Source: an uncultured Chloroflexia bacterium
GTDB lineage: Bacteria > Chloroflexota > Dehalococcoidia > DSTF01 > JALHUB01
Assembly (NCBI GenBank): GCA_963726245.1
Contig: CAVSBT010000017.1
Span: 128,001-192,000 of the forward strand
Length of the DNA stretch: 64,000 nucleotides
Direction of reading: 5' to 3'
Shown: positions 45,063 to 54,551 of the stretch, one piece after another
Layout: each line of letters begins with the position of its first letter
Position numbering within the stretch: the first letter of the stretch is position 1
Position numbers and translations under genes: made by a program
The notes under the pieces: generated by a model
What the model was told of the DNA's origin: nothing
Database searches by the model: none
Seen by the model: the letters and a program-made list of their open reading frames with translations, nothing else

Positions 45063-45115
45063 GTAGGGGCCGAGCTTCAGCTCGGCCCTGGACAGAGCTA
45101 AAGCTCTGTCCCTAC
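45063..45115. repeat. GTAG-type REP inverted doublet
   Basis: GTAGGGGCCGAGCTTCAGCTCGGCCC-t-GGACAGAGCTAAAGCTCTGTCCCTAC. Confidence 0.8.
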
Positions 45116-45139
45116 GGTGAACAACCACGTCGGCCAGCC

Positions 45140-45805
45140 TTACAGCTCCATCTCCCGCAGGTCGGGCGGCCGGATGAGGCGCGGCTCCGAGGCCTCCTGC
45201 ACCTCCTCGAAGGTGACGCCGGGAGCCACCTCCCGCACCACCAGGCCCTCGGGAGTCACCTCGATGGCGGCCAGGTTCGTCACCACGAGGTCCACGGCAC
45301 GGATGGCTGTCAGCGGGTAGGTGCACTCGCGGAGGATGCGTGGCTGGCCGTCCTTGGTGGTGTGCTCCATCGCTATCACCACCCGGCGGGCGCCGACAGC
45401 CAGGTCCATGGCGCCGCCGATGCTGCCCACGGCCTTCTCGGACACCATCCAGTTCGCCAGGTCGCCCTTCTCGGAGACTTGCAGGCCGCCCAGGACGGTC
45501 ATATCCACGTGCCCACCGCGGATCATGACGAAGGAGTCGGCGCTGTGGAAGAAGGAGGCGCCGGGGAGCAGGGTCACGGGCTGGCCGCCGGCGTTGATGA
45601 GGTCGGCGTCGATGTGCTCCTCTTCGGCGATGCCGCCATAGCCCAGGATGCCGTTCTCGGCCTGGAAGATGACGGTGATGCCCTCGGGGATGAAGTTGGC
45701 GACCTGGGTGGGTATTCCGATGCCCAGGTTGACGACCATGCCGTCGCGTAGCTCCCGCGCCACCCTCAGCGCGATGAGCTCACGAGTCAAACCAACGGAT
45801 CTCAT
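45140..45805 (-). CDS. 3-oxoacid CoA-transferase subunit B
   Basis: VNLGIGIPT, QAENG (catalytic Glu), MIRGGHVD, GGAMDL, CTYPLT. Confidence 0.93.
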   Translation of the reverse strand: MRSVGLTRELIALRVARELRDGMVVNLGIGIPTQVANFIPEGITVIFQAENGILGYGGIAEEEHIDADLINAGGQPVTLLPGASFFHSADSFVMIRGGHVDMTVLGGLQVSEKGDLANWMVSEKAVGSIGGAMDLAVGARRVVIAMEHTTKDGQPRILRECTYPLTAIRAVDLVVTNLAAIEVTPEGLVVREVAPGVTFEEVQEASEPRLIRPPDLREMEL

Positions 45806-46499
45806 CTCGTTCTGCCTGTACTATGCGCTTGACGAAGATGCCCGGCGTGACGATGACCTCCGGGTCCAGCGTACCGGCCGGCACGATCTCCTGCGCCTCG
45901 GCAATCGTGACGTCGGCGGCGGTAGCGATGACGGGGTTGAAGTTGCGGGTCGCCATGCGGTAGACGAGGTTGCCCATGGTGTCGGCTCGTTGAGCGCGGA
46001 CGAGGGCGAAGTCGGCGCGCAAAGGCATCTCCAGGAGGTACTCGCGGCCGTTCAGCGTCCGCCGCTCCTTGCCTTGCTCGACGACGGTGCCGACGCCGGT
46101 CGGCGTGTAGAAGCCGCCGAGCCCTGCGCCGCCGGCCCGGATGCGCTCCGCCATCGTGCCCTGGGGCGACACCTCCACCTCAATCTCGCCCGCCCGCCAC
46201 TGCTCCTGCAGGAAGGTGGTCCGCGCGCCCCAGGTGCGGATGGGGAAGGAGCCGATGAACTTGCGCACCTGCCGGTTCTCGAAGAGGGCGTCCAGGCGGT
46301 CGCCGAGGCCCACGTTGTTGGTGATGATGGTGAGATCGCGGGCCCCCTGGTCGGCGAGGGCGAAGACCAGCATGGCCGGCGAGCCCACGGGCCCAAAGCC
46401 GCCGATCATGACGACCGCGCCGTCGAAGACGTCGGCCACGGCTTCAGCGGGGCTGGCGTAGACCTTGTTCACTCCTGTCGCCTCCCTCAGGGCGACCAC
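45780..46499 (-). CDS. 3-oxoacid CoA-transferase subunit A
   Basis: MIGGFG, PQGTMAERIRAGGAGLGGFYTPTGVGT, RNFNP, TPGIFV. Confidence 0.93.
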   Translation of the reverse strand: MVALREATGVNKVYASPAEAVADVFDGAVVMIGGFGPVGSPAMLVFALADQGARDLTIITNNVGLGDRLDALFENRQVRKFIGSFPIRTWGARTTFLQEQWRAGEIEVEVSPQGTMAERIRAGGAGLGGFYTPTGVGTVVEQGKERRTLNGREYLLEMPLRADFALVRAQRADTMGNLVYRMATRNFNPVIATAADVTIAEAQEIVPAGTLDPEVIVTPGIFVKRIVQAERDEIRWFDS

Positions 46500-46695
46500 G
46501 GGGGGTCGCCCCTACCGGTCACACGTTGTAGGGGCGGGGCCCCGTCCCTGCCCTTCCGAGGGCTAGGGCCTCTATCCCCAGCGCAGCAAGTATGATAGAA
46601 CGAAAGCGCGCCCCGGCCAAGGGGTGGCCCCGGCCGCATCTTACATCCTGCCGTCAATCTTGTCCCCCACATGAGCGCTAAGGAGGTAAAAGCCT

Positions 46696-48018
46696 ATGCG
46701 CAGAGTCTGCATCGTGTCTGGAGGCATCACCAAGTTCGCCAAGGCCAACCTGCTCACCCAGGAGGCCATGTGCAAAGATGCCCTGGACTACGCCATGAAC
46801 GATCTGAACGGACGTCTGGAGCTACGCGACATCCAGACCACCATCTGCACCTACTTCTCCGACCACTTCAACGGCCAGCTACTCTTCGACTCCCTAACCC
46901 AGGATTACCTGGCGATGTGCCCCAAGCCCTCGATGCGCATCGAGGGCGGCGGCGCCACCGGCGGCCTGGGCATCCGGGCGGGATACATGGACATCGCCTC
47001 GGGCCTCTCTGAGCTCTGCCTGGTCTACGGCTTCGAGAAGATGAGTGAGGTGAACACGGCCAAGGGCAACGAGTTCATCGCTCTGGCCTCGGACACCGAC
47101 TTCGACTTCCCGGTCGGCGGATATTATTCCGGCTACTACGCCAACATGGCCCAGCGCCACATGTACGAGTTCGGTACCACCGCCGAGCAGTTCGCCCGAA
47201 TCGCCGTCAAGAACTACGACAACGCCTTCCACAACCGCTGGGCACAGAAGCACGAGCACTGGACCATCGAAGGCGTTCTCAACGCGCCGCTTATCTCCAC
47301 GCCTCTCACCCGGCCGATGGTCTGCGTCATGAGCGACGGCGCCGCCTGCGTCATCCTTTGCACCGAGGAGTGGGCCAAGCGCCTGCGCCCCCAGGGCGAC
47401 TACGCGGTGCTCACGGGACTGGGCTGCGGCACCGACACCATGCGCATGGGCGACCGGCCTCGGGGCGACGTGATCGTGCTGCCCGGCGAGGAGCGCAGCA
47501 AGTACGACTACAAGACGGTTCAGGGCGAGGCCCTCAACGGGCAGTGGCCCGGCGTCGCCTCCTTCCGCGGCGGTCGCGAGGCCGCCCGCCAGGCCTACGC
47601 CATGGCCGGCATCACCGACCCCGTCGAGCAGATCGACTTCGCTGAGGTGCACGACGCTTACGCTTCCAGCGAGCTCCAAACCTACGAGGACATGGGCCTG
47701 GCGCTCTACGGCCAGGGAGGCCGCTTCGTCGAGGATGGTCATCCATACGTGGGCGGCAAGCTGCCCGTGAACCCCTCGGGCGGCCTGCTGGCCTGCGGCC
47801 ACCCTGTGGGGGCTACCGGCATCATGCAGGGGGTGTTCGCCCTCTGGCAGCTTCAGCATCGCATGGCCGAGCACTGCAGCGACCCGGAGGCCGGCATCGA
47901 CGGCGCGCCGATCCAGGTGAAGAACGCGCGTCGCGGCCTCATCCACAGCCACGCCGGCACCGGCACCTACATTGCGGTCAACATTCTGGAGACGCCTGAC
48001 CTGGCGGCGCAACACTGA
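46696..48018 (+). CDS. SCP2-type thiolase-fold protein lacking the N-terminal catalytic Cys
   Basis: RIEGGGATGG at the usual ACASG position; GFEKMS, SDGAACVIL, AEVHDAY, VNPSGGLLACGHPVGATG. Confidence 0.88.
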   Translation: MRRVCIVSGGITKFAKANLLTQEAMCKDALDYAMNDLNGRLELRDIQTTICTYFSDHFNGQLLFDSLTQDYLAMCPKPSMRIEGGGATGGLGIRAGYMDIASGLSELCLVYGFEKMSEVNTAKGNEFIALASDTDFDFPVGGYYSGYYANMAQRHMYEFGTTAEQFARIAVKNYDNAFHNRWAQKHEHWTIEGVLNAPLISTPLTRPMVCVMSDGAACVILCTEEWAKRLRPQGDYAVLTGLGCGTDTMRMGDRPRGDVIVLPGEERSKYDYKTVQGEALNGQWPGVASFRGGREAARQAYAMAGITDPVEQIDFAEVHDAYASSELQTYEDMGLALYGQGGRFVEDGHPYVGGKLPVNPSGGLLACGHPVGATGIMQGVFALWQLQHRMAEHCSDPEAGIDGAPIQVKNARRGLIHSHAGTGTYIAVNILETPDLAAQH

Positions 48019-48030
48019 GGAGGAGCCGAT

Positions 48031-48494
48031 ATGACCCACGTCTACAACGTCAACCCTCTCCAAGTGAGCCGCCCTTACCAAATCGAGTACATCCACAGCT
48101 ACGGCGAGGTCAGCGACTTCTTCCTCGGGCTCAAGGAAAAGAAGCTGCTGGCGACGCGCTGCACGAAGTGCGGCAAGGCGTGGCTGCCGCCCCGGCGCGA
48201 CTGCGGCGCCTGCGGCGCCAGGACTCGTGGTTCGAAGCGCCTCAGAAGGGGAAGGTCCACACGTTCTCCATCCTCCACTTCGCCGCCGAGGCCTTCCTCC
48301 ACGAGGTGCCGTTTGTCCTCGCCTACATTGAGCTCGAAGGCATCGACACGGTCTTCCTCTCTCGGGTGGTGGGCTGCCGGCCGGAGGATGTCTACATCGG
48401 CATGCCGGTGCGGGCCCGATTCCGCCGGCTGGTGGACTGGACGCCTAACGACGTCGTCTTCGTGCCGGACGAGGCCGCGGCCGGCGAGCAATAG
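48031..48494 (+). CDS. DUF35 Zn-ribbon/OB-fold acyl-CoA-binding partner (one apparent indel)
   Basis: RCTKCG...PPRRDCGAC, GKVHTFS, PFVLAYIELEG, IGMPVRARF. Confidence 0.9.
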
Positions 48495-48509
48495 GACTGC
48501 AAGCGTCTG

Positions 48510-49682
48510 ATGGACTTCCGCTTCAGCGAGGAGCAAGAGCGACTCCGCCGAGATGTGCGGCAGTTCCTGGAGCAGGAGCTGCCGGGATGGGCTGACGGCG
48601 CCCCTGACGGCCTGGCCGCCCTGATACCCGGCTACCTCTACTTCTCGGAGTTCGAGCGCAAGGTGGGGGCCCGCGGCTGGCTCGGCCTGAGCTGGCCCGT
48701 CGAGTACGGCGGCGGCGGCCTCACGCCCATCGACCAGCTCGTGGTGGACGAGGAGCTGGCCGCCTATGGTGCGCCCGGCAGCGAGAACATCGGGCGCACC
48801 ATCGTGGCGCCGTCAATCCTGGCCTTCGGCAACGACGAGCAGAAGCGGCGCTACCTGCCGGGCCTGGCCCGCGGCGAGATATCCTTCTGTCTGGGATACA
48901 CGGAACCCGAGGCCGGCTCCGACCTGGTGAGCCTCCAGACGCGGGCCGTGGCTCAAGGCGATGACTTCGTGATCAACGGGCGTAAGATTTACACCAGCGG
49001 CGCCGGCCGCACCACCCACTGCTGGCTCCTGGCCCGCACCGACTCGGAGGCGCCCCAGCACCGCGGTCTCTCGGCCTTCGTCGTGCCGATGGACGACCCG
49101 GGCGTGATGGTGAGCCCGCTCACCAACCTCCTGAACACGGACTGGTTCGATGAGGTCCTCTTCGAGGATGTGCGCGTGCCCCGCGAAAACCTGGTCGGGC
49201 AGGAGAACCGCGGCTGGTACCAGGTGGCGGCGGCCCTGGACGTGGAGCGGCTGGCCCTCTACCCGTACCTGAGCCACGTCCGGGTGTTCCGCGCCCTGCT
49301 TCGCTATATGGCTCAGGCGCCCCATGGCCCTGCGGGGCGCCGCGATCGGCTGCGCCAGAAGATGGCGGAGCTGGCGATCGAGTTCCAGGTGGCCCGCGTG
49401 CTCACTTACCGGGCGGTGTGGCTCCGCAGCCGGGGGCAGCGGCCGGACTGGCAGGCGGCCCAGGTGAAGCTCTTCAACAGCGAGATGGCCCAGCGCCTTT
49501 ACCAGGTCGCAGTGGAGGTGGTTGGGCTGCATGGCCAGCTTCGGGGCGACTCGGCGCGGGCGGTGCTCTCCGGCGTCGTGGTCCAGGGCTACCTCTCGAC
49601 GGTGCAGGAGACCATCGGGGCCGGCACCTCGGAGGTGCAGCGAAACATCATCGCCGGTCGCGGCCTCGGCCTGCCGCGCTAG
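48510..49682 (+). CDS. acyl-CoA dehydrogenase (FadE26/FadE29-like motif set)
   Basis: GWLGLSWPVEYGGGG, FCLGYTEPEAGSDL, EVLFEDVRVP, TIGAGTSEVQRNIIAGRGLGLPR. Confidence 0.9.
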   Translation: MDFRFSEEQERLRRDVRQFLEQELPGWADGAPDGLAALIPGYLYFSEFERKVGARGWLGLSWPVEYGGGGLTPIDQLVVDEELAAYGAPGSENIGRTIVAPSILAFGNDEQKRRYLPGLARGEISFCLGYTEPEAGSDLVSLQTRAVAQGDDFVINGRKIYTSGAGRTTHCWLLARTDSEAPQHRGLSAFVVPMDDPGVMVSPLTNLLNTDWFDEVLFEDVRVPRENLVGQENRGWYQVAAALDVERLALYPYLSHVRVFRALLRYMAQAPHGPAGRRDRLRQKMAELAIEFQVARVLTYRAVWLRSRGQRPDWQAAQVKLFNSEMAQRLYQVAVEVVGLHGQLRGDSARAVLSGVVVQGYLSTVQETIGAGTSEVQRNIIAGRGLGLPR

Positions 49683-49702
49683 GCGCGACGCGAAACCCCT
49701 AT

Positions 49703-49729
49703 TAAGGCTTTCCCCAACCCTGCCGATAA
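49703..49729 (+). promoter_or_regulatory. sigma28 (FliA/SigD/WhiG)-type promoter
   Basis: TAAG-N15-GCCGATAA versus consensus TAAA-N15-GCCGATAA, 16 nt before the ORF at 49746. Confidence 0.7.
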
Positions 49730-49745
49730 GATAATCGGTCCCCCT

Positions 49746-49967
49746 ATGAGACCGGTCGAAACTATGTACACTGTCTCGGTAAGACGCGGCGACAAGTTCG
49801 AGCATTCAACGCAGTTCCCCAACCTCCGCGATGCCCTCCGGCAGTTGGACGGGTTCGCGTACGCGTTCCCGGAGCTGGTGTCAGAGCTGTGGAGCGGCGG
49901 CGGCGTGCTCTGGCGCTGCAATGCGCCGCAAGCGAGGGCCGGCGCTGAGCCGCCGGACGCGGCGTAG
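49746..49967 (+). CDS. small hypothetical protein
   Basis: 73-aa ORF filling the gap behind the sigma28-like promoter; no recognisable motif. Confidence 0.55.
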   Translation: MRPVETMYTVSVRRGDKFEHSTQFPNLRDALRQLDGFAYAFPELVSELWSGGGVLWRCNAPQARAGAEPPDAA

Positions 49968-49999
49968 GGCACGCCGCGCTTCCTCAGCGCGACAAGGGC

Positions 50000-51019
50000 C
50001 TACGCCCGCTGGAGCTCCCGCAGCATGTGGCGCAGGCGCTCCTCGTCCTCGGGCTTGCGGAGGGGAATGGCGAGGCCCGTTCGGGTGATGATGCCGCTCC
50101 AACGGGCTTTGATCTTGTCAACCAGGCCGTCGTAGGGAGAGACGATGGCAAATTCCTCCAGCATTTCCTCCGTGATGAGTTTGCCCATCTCCGACCAGCG
50201 GCCCTGAGTGGACATTTCGTGCAACTCCAGGCAGACGTCGCCCCAGCCGTGTGCCTCGAAGACGGCCCGGTAGCTGCGCGTCGAGCCATAGAAGGCCACC
50301 TGCGTTCGCACGGCCTGTTTCATCCGCTCGATCTCCTCCTCCGTCTCGCCCGTGACCAGGAAGCTGCCGCCGCAGATGTCGATGTCGCTGAGGGGGCGGC
50401 CGGCCTTGCGGGCGCCGGCCTCCAGGTTGGGCAGGATCGCCTCCCTGGTGTACTTGGCGGTGTTGAAGGGGTGCAGGCGGACACCGTCGCAAAGCTCGCC
50501 CGCCAGGCGCAGCATGTAGGGGTTGACGGCGGAGACGTAGACGGGGATGTGAGGGTGCTCGACGGGGCCCGGGTTGAAGTAGGGGGTCATGAGGGTAAGG
50601 TTGTAATAGTCGCCCTGGAAGTCGAGCTTGGCGCCGTTTTGCCACGAGTCCCAGACGGCGCGCAGGGCAAGGATGTACTCACGCATGCGTGGCCCCGGCG
50701 GCGCATACGGGATGCCGAAGCGCCGGACGATATGTCCTTTCACCTGGCTGCCCAGTCCGAGCAGCAGCCGGCCTCCGGAGAGCGATTGAATGTCCCAGGC
50801 GATGTGAGCCAGGCTGGTGGGGCTGAGCGGAAAGGCGATGGCCACCGCTGTGCCCAGGCTGATCCGCTGGGTGTGCTCGGCGGCGAGGACCAGGGGCAGG
50901 AACGGGTCGTGGCCTACCTGGCTGCTGACGACGCCGTCGTAGCCGAGTTCCTCGGCTTTGCGGGCAGCGGCAGGCACGTCGCGGAGGCTGGGCGCCTCGA
51001 TGCTGGCTTCTACCTTCAT
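50000..51019 (-). CDS. LLM-class probable F420-dependent oxidoreductase (TIGR03617-like)
   Basis: HDPFLPL, LGTAVAIAF, LGLGSQVKGHIVRRF, TLMTPYFNPG, AFYGSTRSYRAV. Confidence 0.88.
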   Translation of the reverse strand: MKVEASIEAPSLRDVPAAARKAEELGYDGVVSSQVGHDPFLPLVLAAEHTQRISLGTAVAIAFPLSPTSLAHIAWDIQSLSGGRLLLGLGSQVKGHIVRRFGIPYAPPGPRMREYILALRAVWDSWQNGAKLDFQGDYYNLTLMTPYFNPGPVEHPHIPVYVSAVNPYMLRLAGELCDGVRLHPFNTAKYTREAILPNLEAGARKAGRPLSDIDICGGSFLVTGETEEEIERMKQAVRTQVAFYGSTRSYRAVFEAHGWGDVCLELHEMSTQGRWSEMGKLITEEMLEEFAIVSPYDGLVDKIKARWSGIITRTGLAIPLRKPEDEERLRHMLRELQRA

Positions 51020-51358
51020 GACCGGCTCGCTAGCAGGATCCTGGGCGACGGAATCATCGCCGCCCATCATAGCGTGGGTGGCCGTGGTGTCAACGAGGCC
51101 AGGTTCGGGTCGGGATTCGCGCCAGCTGGGCGCCAAAACAAAACGGGGCCCAAGAGACTGCATTCTTCCCTGCCATTCGGCTAATTCAGTCTCCTGGGCC
51201 CAACCTATATTAACATAACACGGCGGCCTTGCCAACCCCCCGTCAACCTATCCGGAGTCTGGCTCGCGGTCGATCCCCAGGAGGTCACACGGGGGTATTG
51301 TTACGCGCCGCCAACAAGCACATACTTATAGAGGAGGTGAAGCAAAGGGAGGTGAAGT

Positions 51359-51844
51359 ATGGCTCAGCGTAAGGTTCGCGTACCGCCCCTCGACATGGCA
51401 GCCGTACGTGGTCTGCCGGAGTGGGTGGCGCTTTATCAGGCATACAACGCTGTCTTTAAGGTCCACGAGCTGGCCCTCCTGCCGCAGCGCATCACTATGC
51501 CGCAGCTTCAACTGCTGACGGTACTGGTCTCTGCCGGCGGAGTCCTGCCTTCGACGCGCATCGCGCGACACATGGTGAAGGAAGCTCAGACGATAACCGG
51601 CCTGGTGGACAGGATGGAGGCGGCCGGATGGGTAGCTCGCCAGGGCGACCCAAAGGACCGCCGAAAGACCTTGGTCTCTCTCACGAACGCCGGCGTCAAG
51701 AAGTTCCAGGAGTCGTTCCCTGTGGCCAATCAGGTGGGCGTCGAGATCTTCGCCGTCCTCAACGACCGGGAGCTGTCTGGACTGCGGGTGGCCGTGGAGA
51801 AGCTAGGGGAGACCACGTTGTCCCGCCTGGGCATTCGTCTCTAG
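51359..51844 (+). CDS. MarR-family transcriptional regulator
   Basis: ITMPQLQLL, TITGLVDRMEAAGWVARQGDPKDRRKTLVSLT; GGAGGTG RBS. Confidence 0.9.
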   Translation: MAQRKVRVPPLDMAAVRGLPEWVALYQAYNAVFKVHELALLPQRITMPQLQLLTVLVSAGGVLPSTRIARHMVKEAQTITGLVDRMEAAGWVARQGDPKDRRKTLVSLTNAGVKKFQESFPVANQVGVEIFAVLNDRELSGLRVAVEKLGETTLSRLGIRL

Positions 51845-51968
51845 CGCCCCCCTGCCGGCAGACGCCTTCGGCGTCATCGAGCGGCCGGCATGCCTTCTGT
51901 GGCATGGAGTGACGAGATGCGGCACTCCGGGAGTACGCATCCCCGTTCGGGCCTTTGGAGGAACTTAG

Positions 51969-52142
51969 TTGTTAGTCCTAACGCGAAAAACGAGTCAGTC
52001 AATCGTCCTTACCTGTGACGACTCTGTGGTAAGGCTTAAGATCATCCGCGTCGGCAGGGACAAGGTATCCCTCGGGGTGGAAGCCCCTCTGACCGTGAAG
52101 GTCTTGCGGTCGGAACTCGAGGACAAGCGCCCGGCGGCCTAG
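51969..52142 (+). CDS. csrA: carbon storage regulator CsrA/RsmA (57 aa; not in the supplied ORF track)
   Basis: Hand translation from TTG after GGAGGA: MLVLTRKTSQSIVLTCDDSVVRLKIIRVGRDKVSLGVEAPLTVKVLRSELEDKRPAA*; MLVLTRK, LGVEAP and VLRxE are CsrA hallmarks. Confidence 0.9.
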   Translation: MLVLTRKTSQSIVLTCDDSVVRLKIIRVGRDKVSLGVEAPLTVKVLRSELEDKRPAA

Positions 52143-52486
52143 TCTTGGCCGCGGTGCGCGAAGGATTCCCACCCCAGAGCTGCGTGGGCAGGCCCGTAGA
52201 GCTTGTCACGGGCCCCGGCGTCGCTGCGTGCCCGCGGAGGGTCATAGCCCCAGTGTCAACGCTGGGGCATCGCGTGACGAATCTATTCCCTCGCCTTTGT
52301 GTCATTGAGCTAATAGGCCAACAAATCTGGCGACTGACCCTCAGGTCTACCCTTGGCACTGCTCTCTCGGCGGCTGAAGCCCTGATCCGGTTTCCTCGCG
52401 GGGCGGACTGTGTTTCAATGGGGAAGATCGTTCCGCCCACAGTATGAAGGGGCCGGACGACCAGCCTTCGCAGCTCCGAGGCAACT

Positions 52487-53536
52487 GTGATCAGCGTCTT
52501 CTGCGGCCCCGACAGCTTCACGCTCCATGAGGCCCTCGCCGAGCTCAAGGCGGAGCTGAACGGCGACGGCATGCTCTCCACCAACACCGCCGCCTTCGAG
52601 GGCAGCCAGGTGCGCCCCGACGAGCTGCTGGCCGTCTGCAACACGGTGCCCTTCATGGGCGCCCACCGCCTGGTGCTGGTCGAGGGCCTTCTGGGTCGTT
52701 TCGAGGCGCCCCGCGGCCGGCGTCAGGCCGGCGCCGGGCCGGCGGGAGACCCCGGCCGGCGGGCCGAACTGGGCCCCTGGCGAGACCTGCCCGCCGCCCT
52801 CGAAGGCCTGCCTCCTTCCGCCGCCCTTGTCTTCGTAGACGGGGATATCTCCGAGAGCAACCCTCTGCTGAAGCTGCTGTCGCCTCTAGCCCAGGTTCGG
52901 CGCTTCCCCCGCCTCGGCCAGCGCGACCTTCCGGGATGGATCCAGGCTCGCGCCCGGCAAGAGGGCGTGGACATCTCGCCCGCGGCGGTGCGCCTGCTCG
53001 CCGACCTGGTGGGGAACGACCTGTGGACGCTCTGGCAAGAGCTGAAGAAGCTGGCCTTATACGCCTCTGGCGGGCGGGTGGAGGACGAGGACGTGCGCGC
53101 CCTTACGGTGGCAGCCCGCGAGGCCAGCGTCTTCACCCTTGTCGATGCCGTGGTCGAGGGCCGTCCCGACCAGGCGCTCCGCCTCCTCGAGCAACTCCTC
53201 GATCAAGGGGCGGCGGCCCCGTACGTGCTGGCCATCATCACGCGCCAGTACCGCAACCTTCTGCTGGCCAAGGAGATGATGGGGCAGCGCCGTCCGAGGG
53301 CGGAGATCGGCGAACGGCTGGGCATCAAGTCAGGCTTTGCCCTGGGAAAGGTGCTGGAGCAGGCGGGGCGCTGCCCGCCGGCCAGGCTGGAAGCCGCCTA
53401 CCGCCGGCTGCTGGAGGCCGACGCCTCGATCAAGTCCGGCGTCTACCGCGAGGAGCTGGCTTTGGAGGTGCTGGTGGAAGACCTGGCGCGCATAGCGGCG
53501 CCGCCTTCGCCAGAACGCGGGAGGAGGCCCGCATAA
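52487..53536 (+). CDS. holA: DNA polymerase III delta subunit
   Basis: TVPFMGAHRLVLV, LVGNDLWTLWQELKKLALY, VFTLVDAV, LLEADASIKSG. Confidence 0.92.
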   Translation: MISVFCGPDSFTLHEALAELKAELNGDGMLSTNTAAFEGSQVRPDELLAVCNTVPFMGAHRLVLVEGLLGRFEAPRGRRQAGAGPAGDPGRRAELGPWRDLPAALEGLPPSAALVFVDGDISESNPLLKLLSPLAQVRRFPRLGQRDLPGWIQARARQEGVDISPAAVRLLADLVGNDLWTLWQELKKLALYASGGRVEDEDVRALTVAAREASVFTLVDAVVEGRPDQALRLLEQLLDQGAAAPYVLAIITRQYRNLLLAKEMMGQRRPRAEIGERLGIKSGFALGKVLEQAGRCPPARLEAAYRRLLEADASIKSGVYREELALEVLVEDLARIAAPPSPERGRRPA

Positions 53537-53558
53537 CGCGGGCGGTGTCCCCGACGAG

Positions 53559-54188
53559 TTAGGAGATGGGGCGGAAGACGGAGAGCACGCGCCCCTGGAT
53601 CTCCACGTTGGCGGCGTCGGTGTAGATGGGAGGCAGGGTCTCGTTCGCGGGCTGGAGACGTACCTGGTTGCCCTCCCGGTAGAACTTCTTGAGGGTGACC
53701 TCCTCCTCCTTCTTGAGCCAGACGGCTACCATGTCCCCGTCCTTGGCAGTGTTGGCCTGCTCCATCACCACGATGTCGCCATCGTTGATGAGGGCGTCGA
53801 TCATCGATGTGCCCTTGACGCGGAGAGCGAAGACGTTGTCCTGCCCGCCGGCCATGTCCGGGGTGACCGACACCGTCTCGTCGTAGGCGACGCTGCCCTC
53901 CGGCACGGGGATAGGCTGGCCGGCGGCGATGCGCCCAACGAGCGGCACGGCGACACTGCGTACGCGGCGGCCGCTGCCGTCCAGCAGCTCGATGGCCCGC
54001 GAGACCTCGCGGTCGCGCCGGATGTGGCCCATCCTCTCGAGGGCCTTGAGGTTGTAGTCGACCACAGACGTGGAGCTGATGCCGCAGCCGATCTGGATGT
54101 CGCGGATGCTGGGCGGATACTCCTTATCATCGATGAAGCGACGGATGAAGGCCAGGATCTTCTGCTGTCGGGGCGATAGAGGCTTCAT
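53559..54188 (-). CDS. lexA: SOS repressor LexA
   Basis: YPPSIRDI, SSTSVVDYNL, GRIAAGQP (Ala-Gly site), LRVKGTSMIDA, VTLKKF, LQPAN. Confidence 0.97.
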   Translation of the reverse strand: MKPLSPRQQKILAFIRRFIDDKEYPPSIRDIQIGCGISSTSVVDYNLKALERMGHIRRDREVSRAIELLDGSGRRVRSVAVPLVGRIAAGQPIPVPEGSVAYDETVSVTPDMAGGQDNVFALRVKGTSMIDALINDGDIVVMEQANTAKDGDMVAVWLKKEEEVTLKKFYREGNQVRLQPANETLPPIYTDAANVEIQGRVLSVFRPIS

Positions 54189-54241
54189 AGAGTCACCTCG
54201 CTGCGCAGGCTGCGCCTTTCTGGGGTCCGTTCTTTTGCTCG

Positions 54242-54291
54242 GAACCTGTGTTCTGTCGAACAACAGTACCAGCGAAGAGGGCCTTTGTCAA
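54242..54291 (-). promoter_or_regulatory. lexA promoter with two SOS boxes
   Basis: GAACCTGTGTTC (54242-53) and GAACAACAGTAC (54258-69); minus-strand TTGACA-N17-TACTGT overlapping the second box. Confidence 0.85.
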
Positions 54292-54551
54292 GCCTTCTAC
54301 CGGATGAGGTCTTGAGGCAGATCGGCGGGTTTGTCAGCCTCGATGGGCTGTGCTAGACTGGAGGCCGCTCGCCGCCGGGCCGAAGATCCATGTGAGGGTC
54401 ACAGAGTCCGCCCGCGGTGGGCCTGCCCGTCCGATATGGGAAGAACACCTGACTATCGCCTGTGCCGCTGCTCCCCCGCCAGCGCGGCTTTCTCGTGTCC
54501 AGATACGGGTTCGGGCAGGGGTGGCGGGCCGACCGGGTTGCGAGGTGAGCC

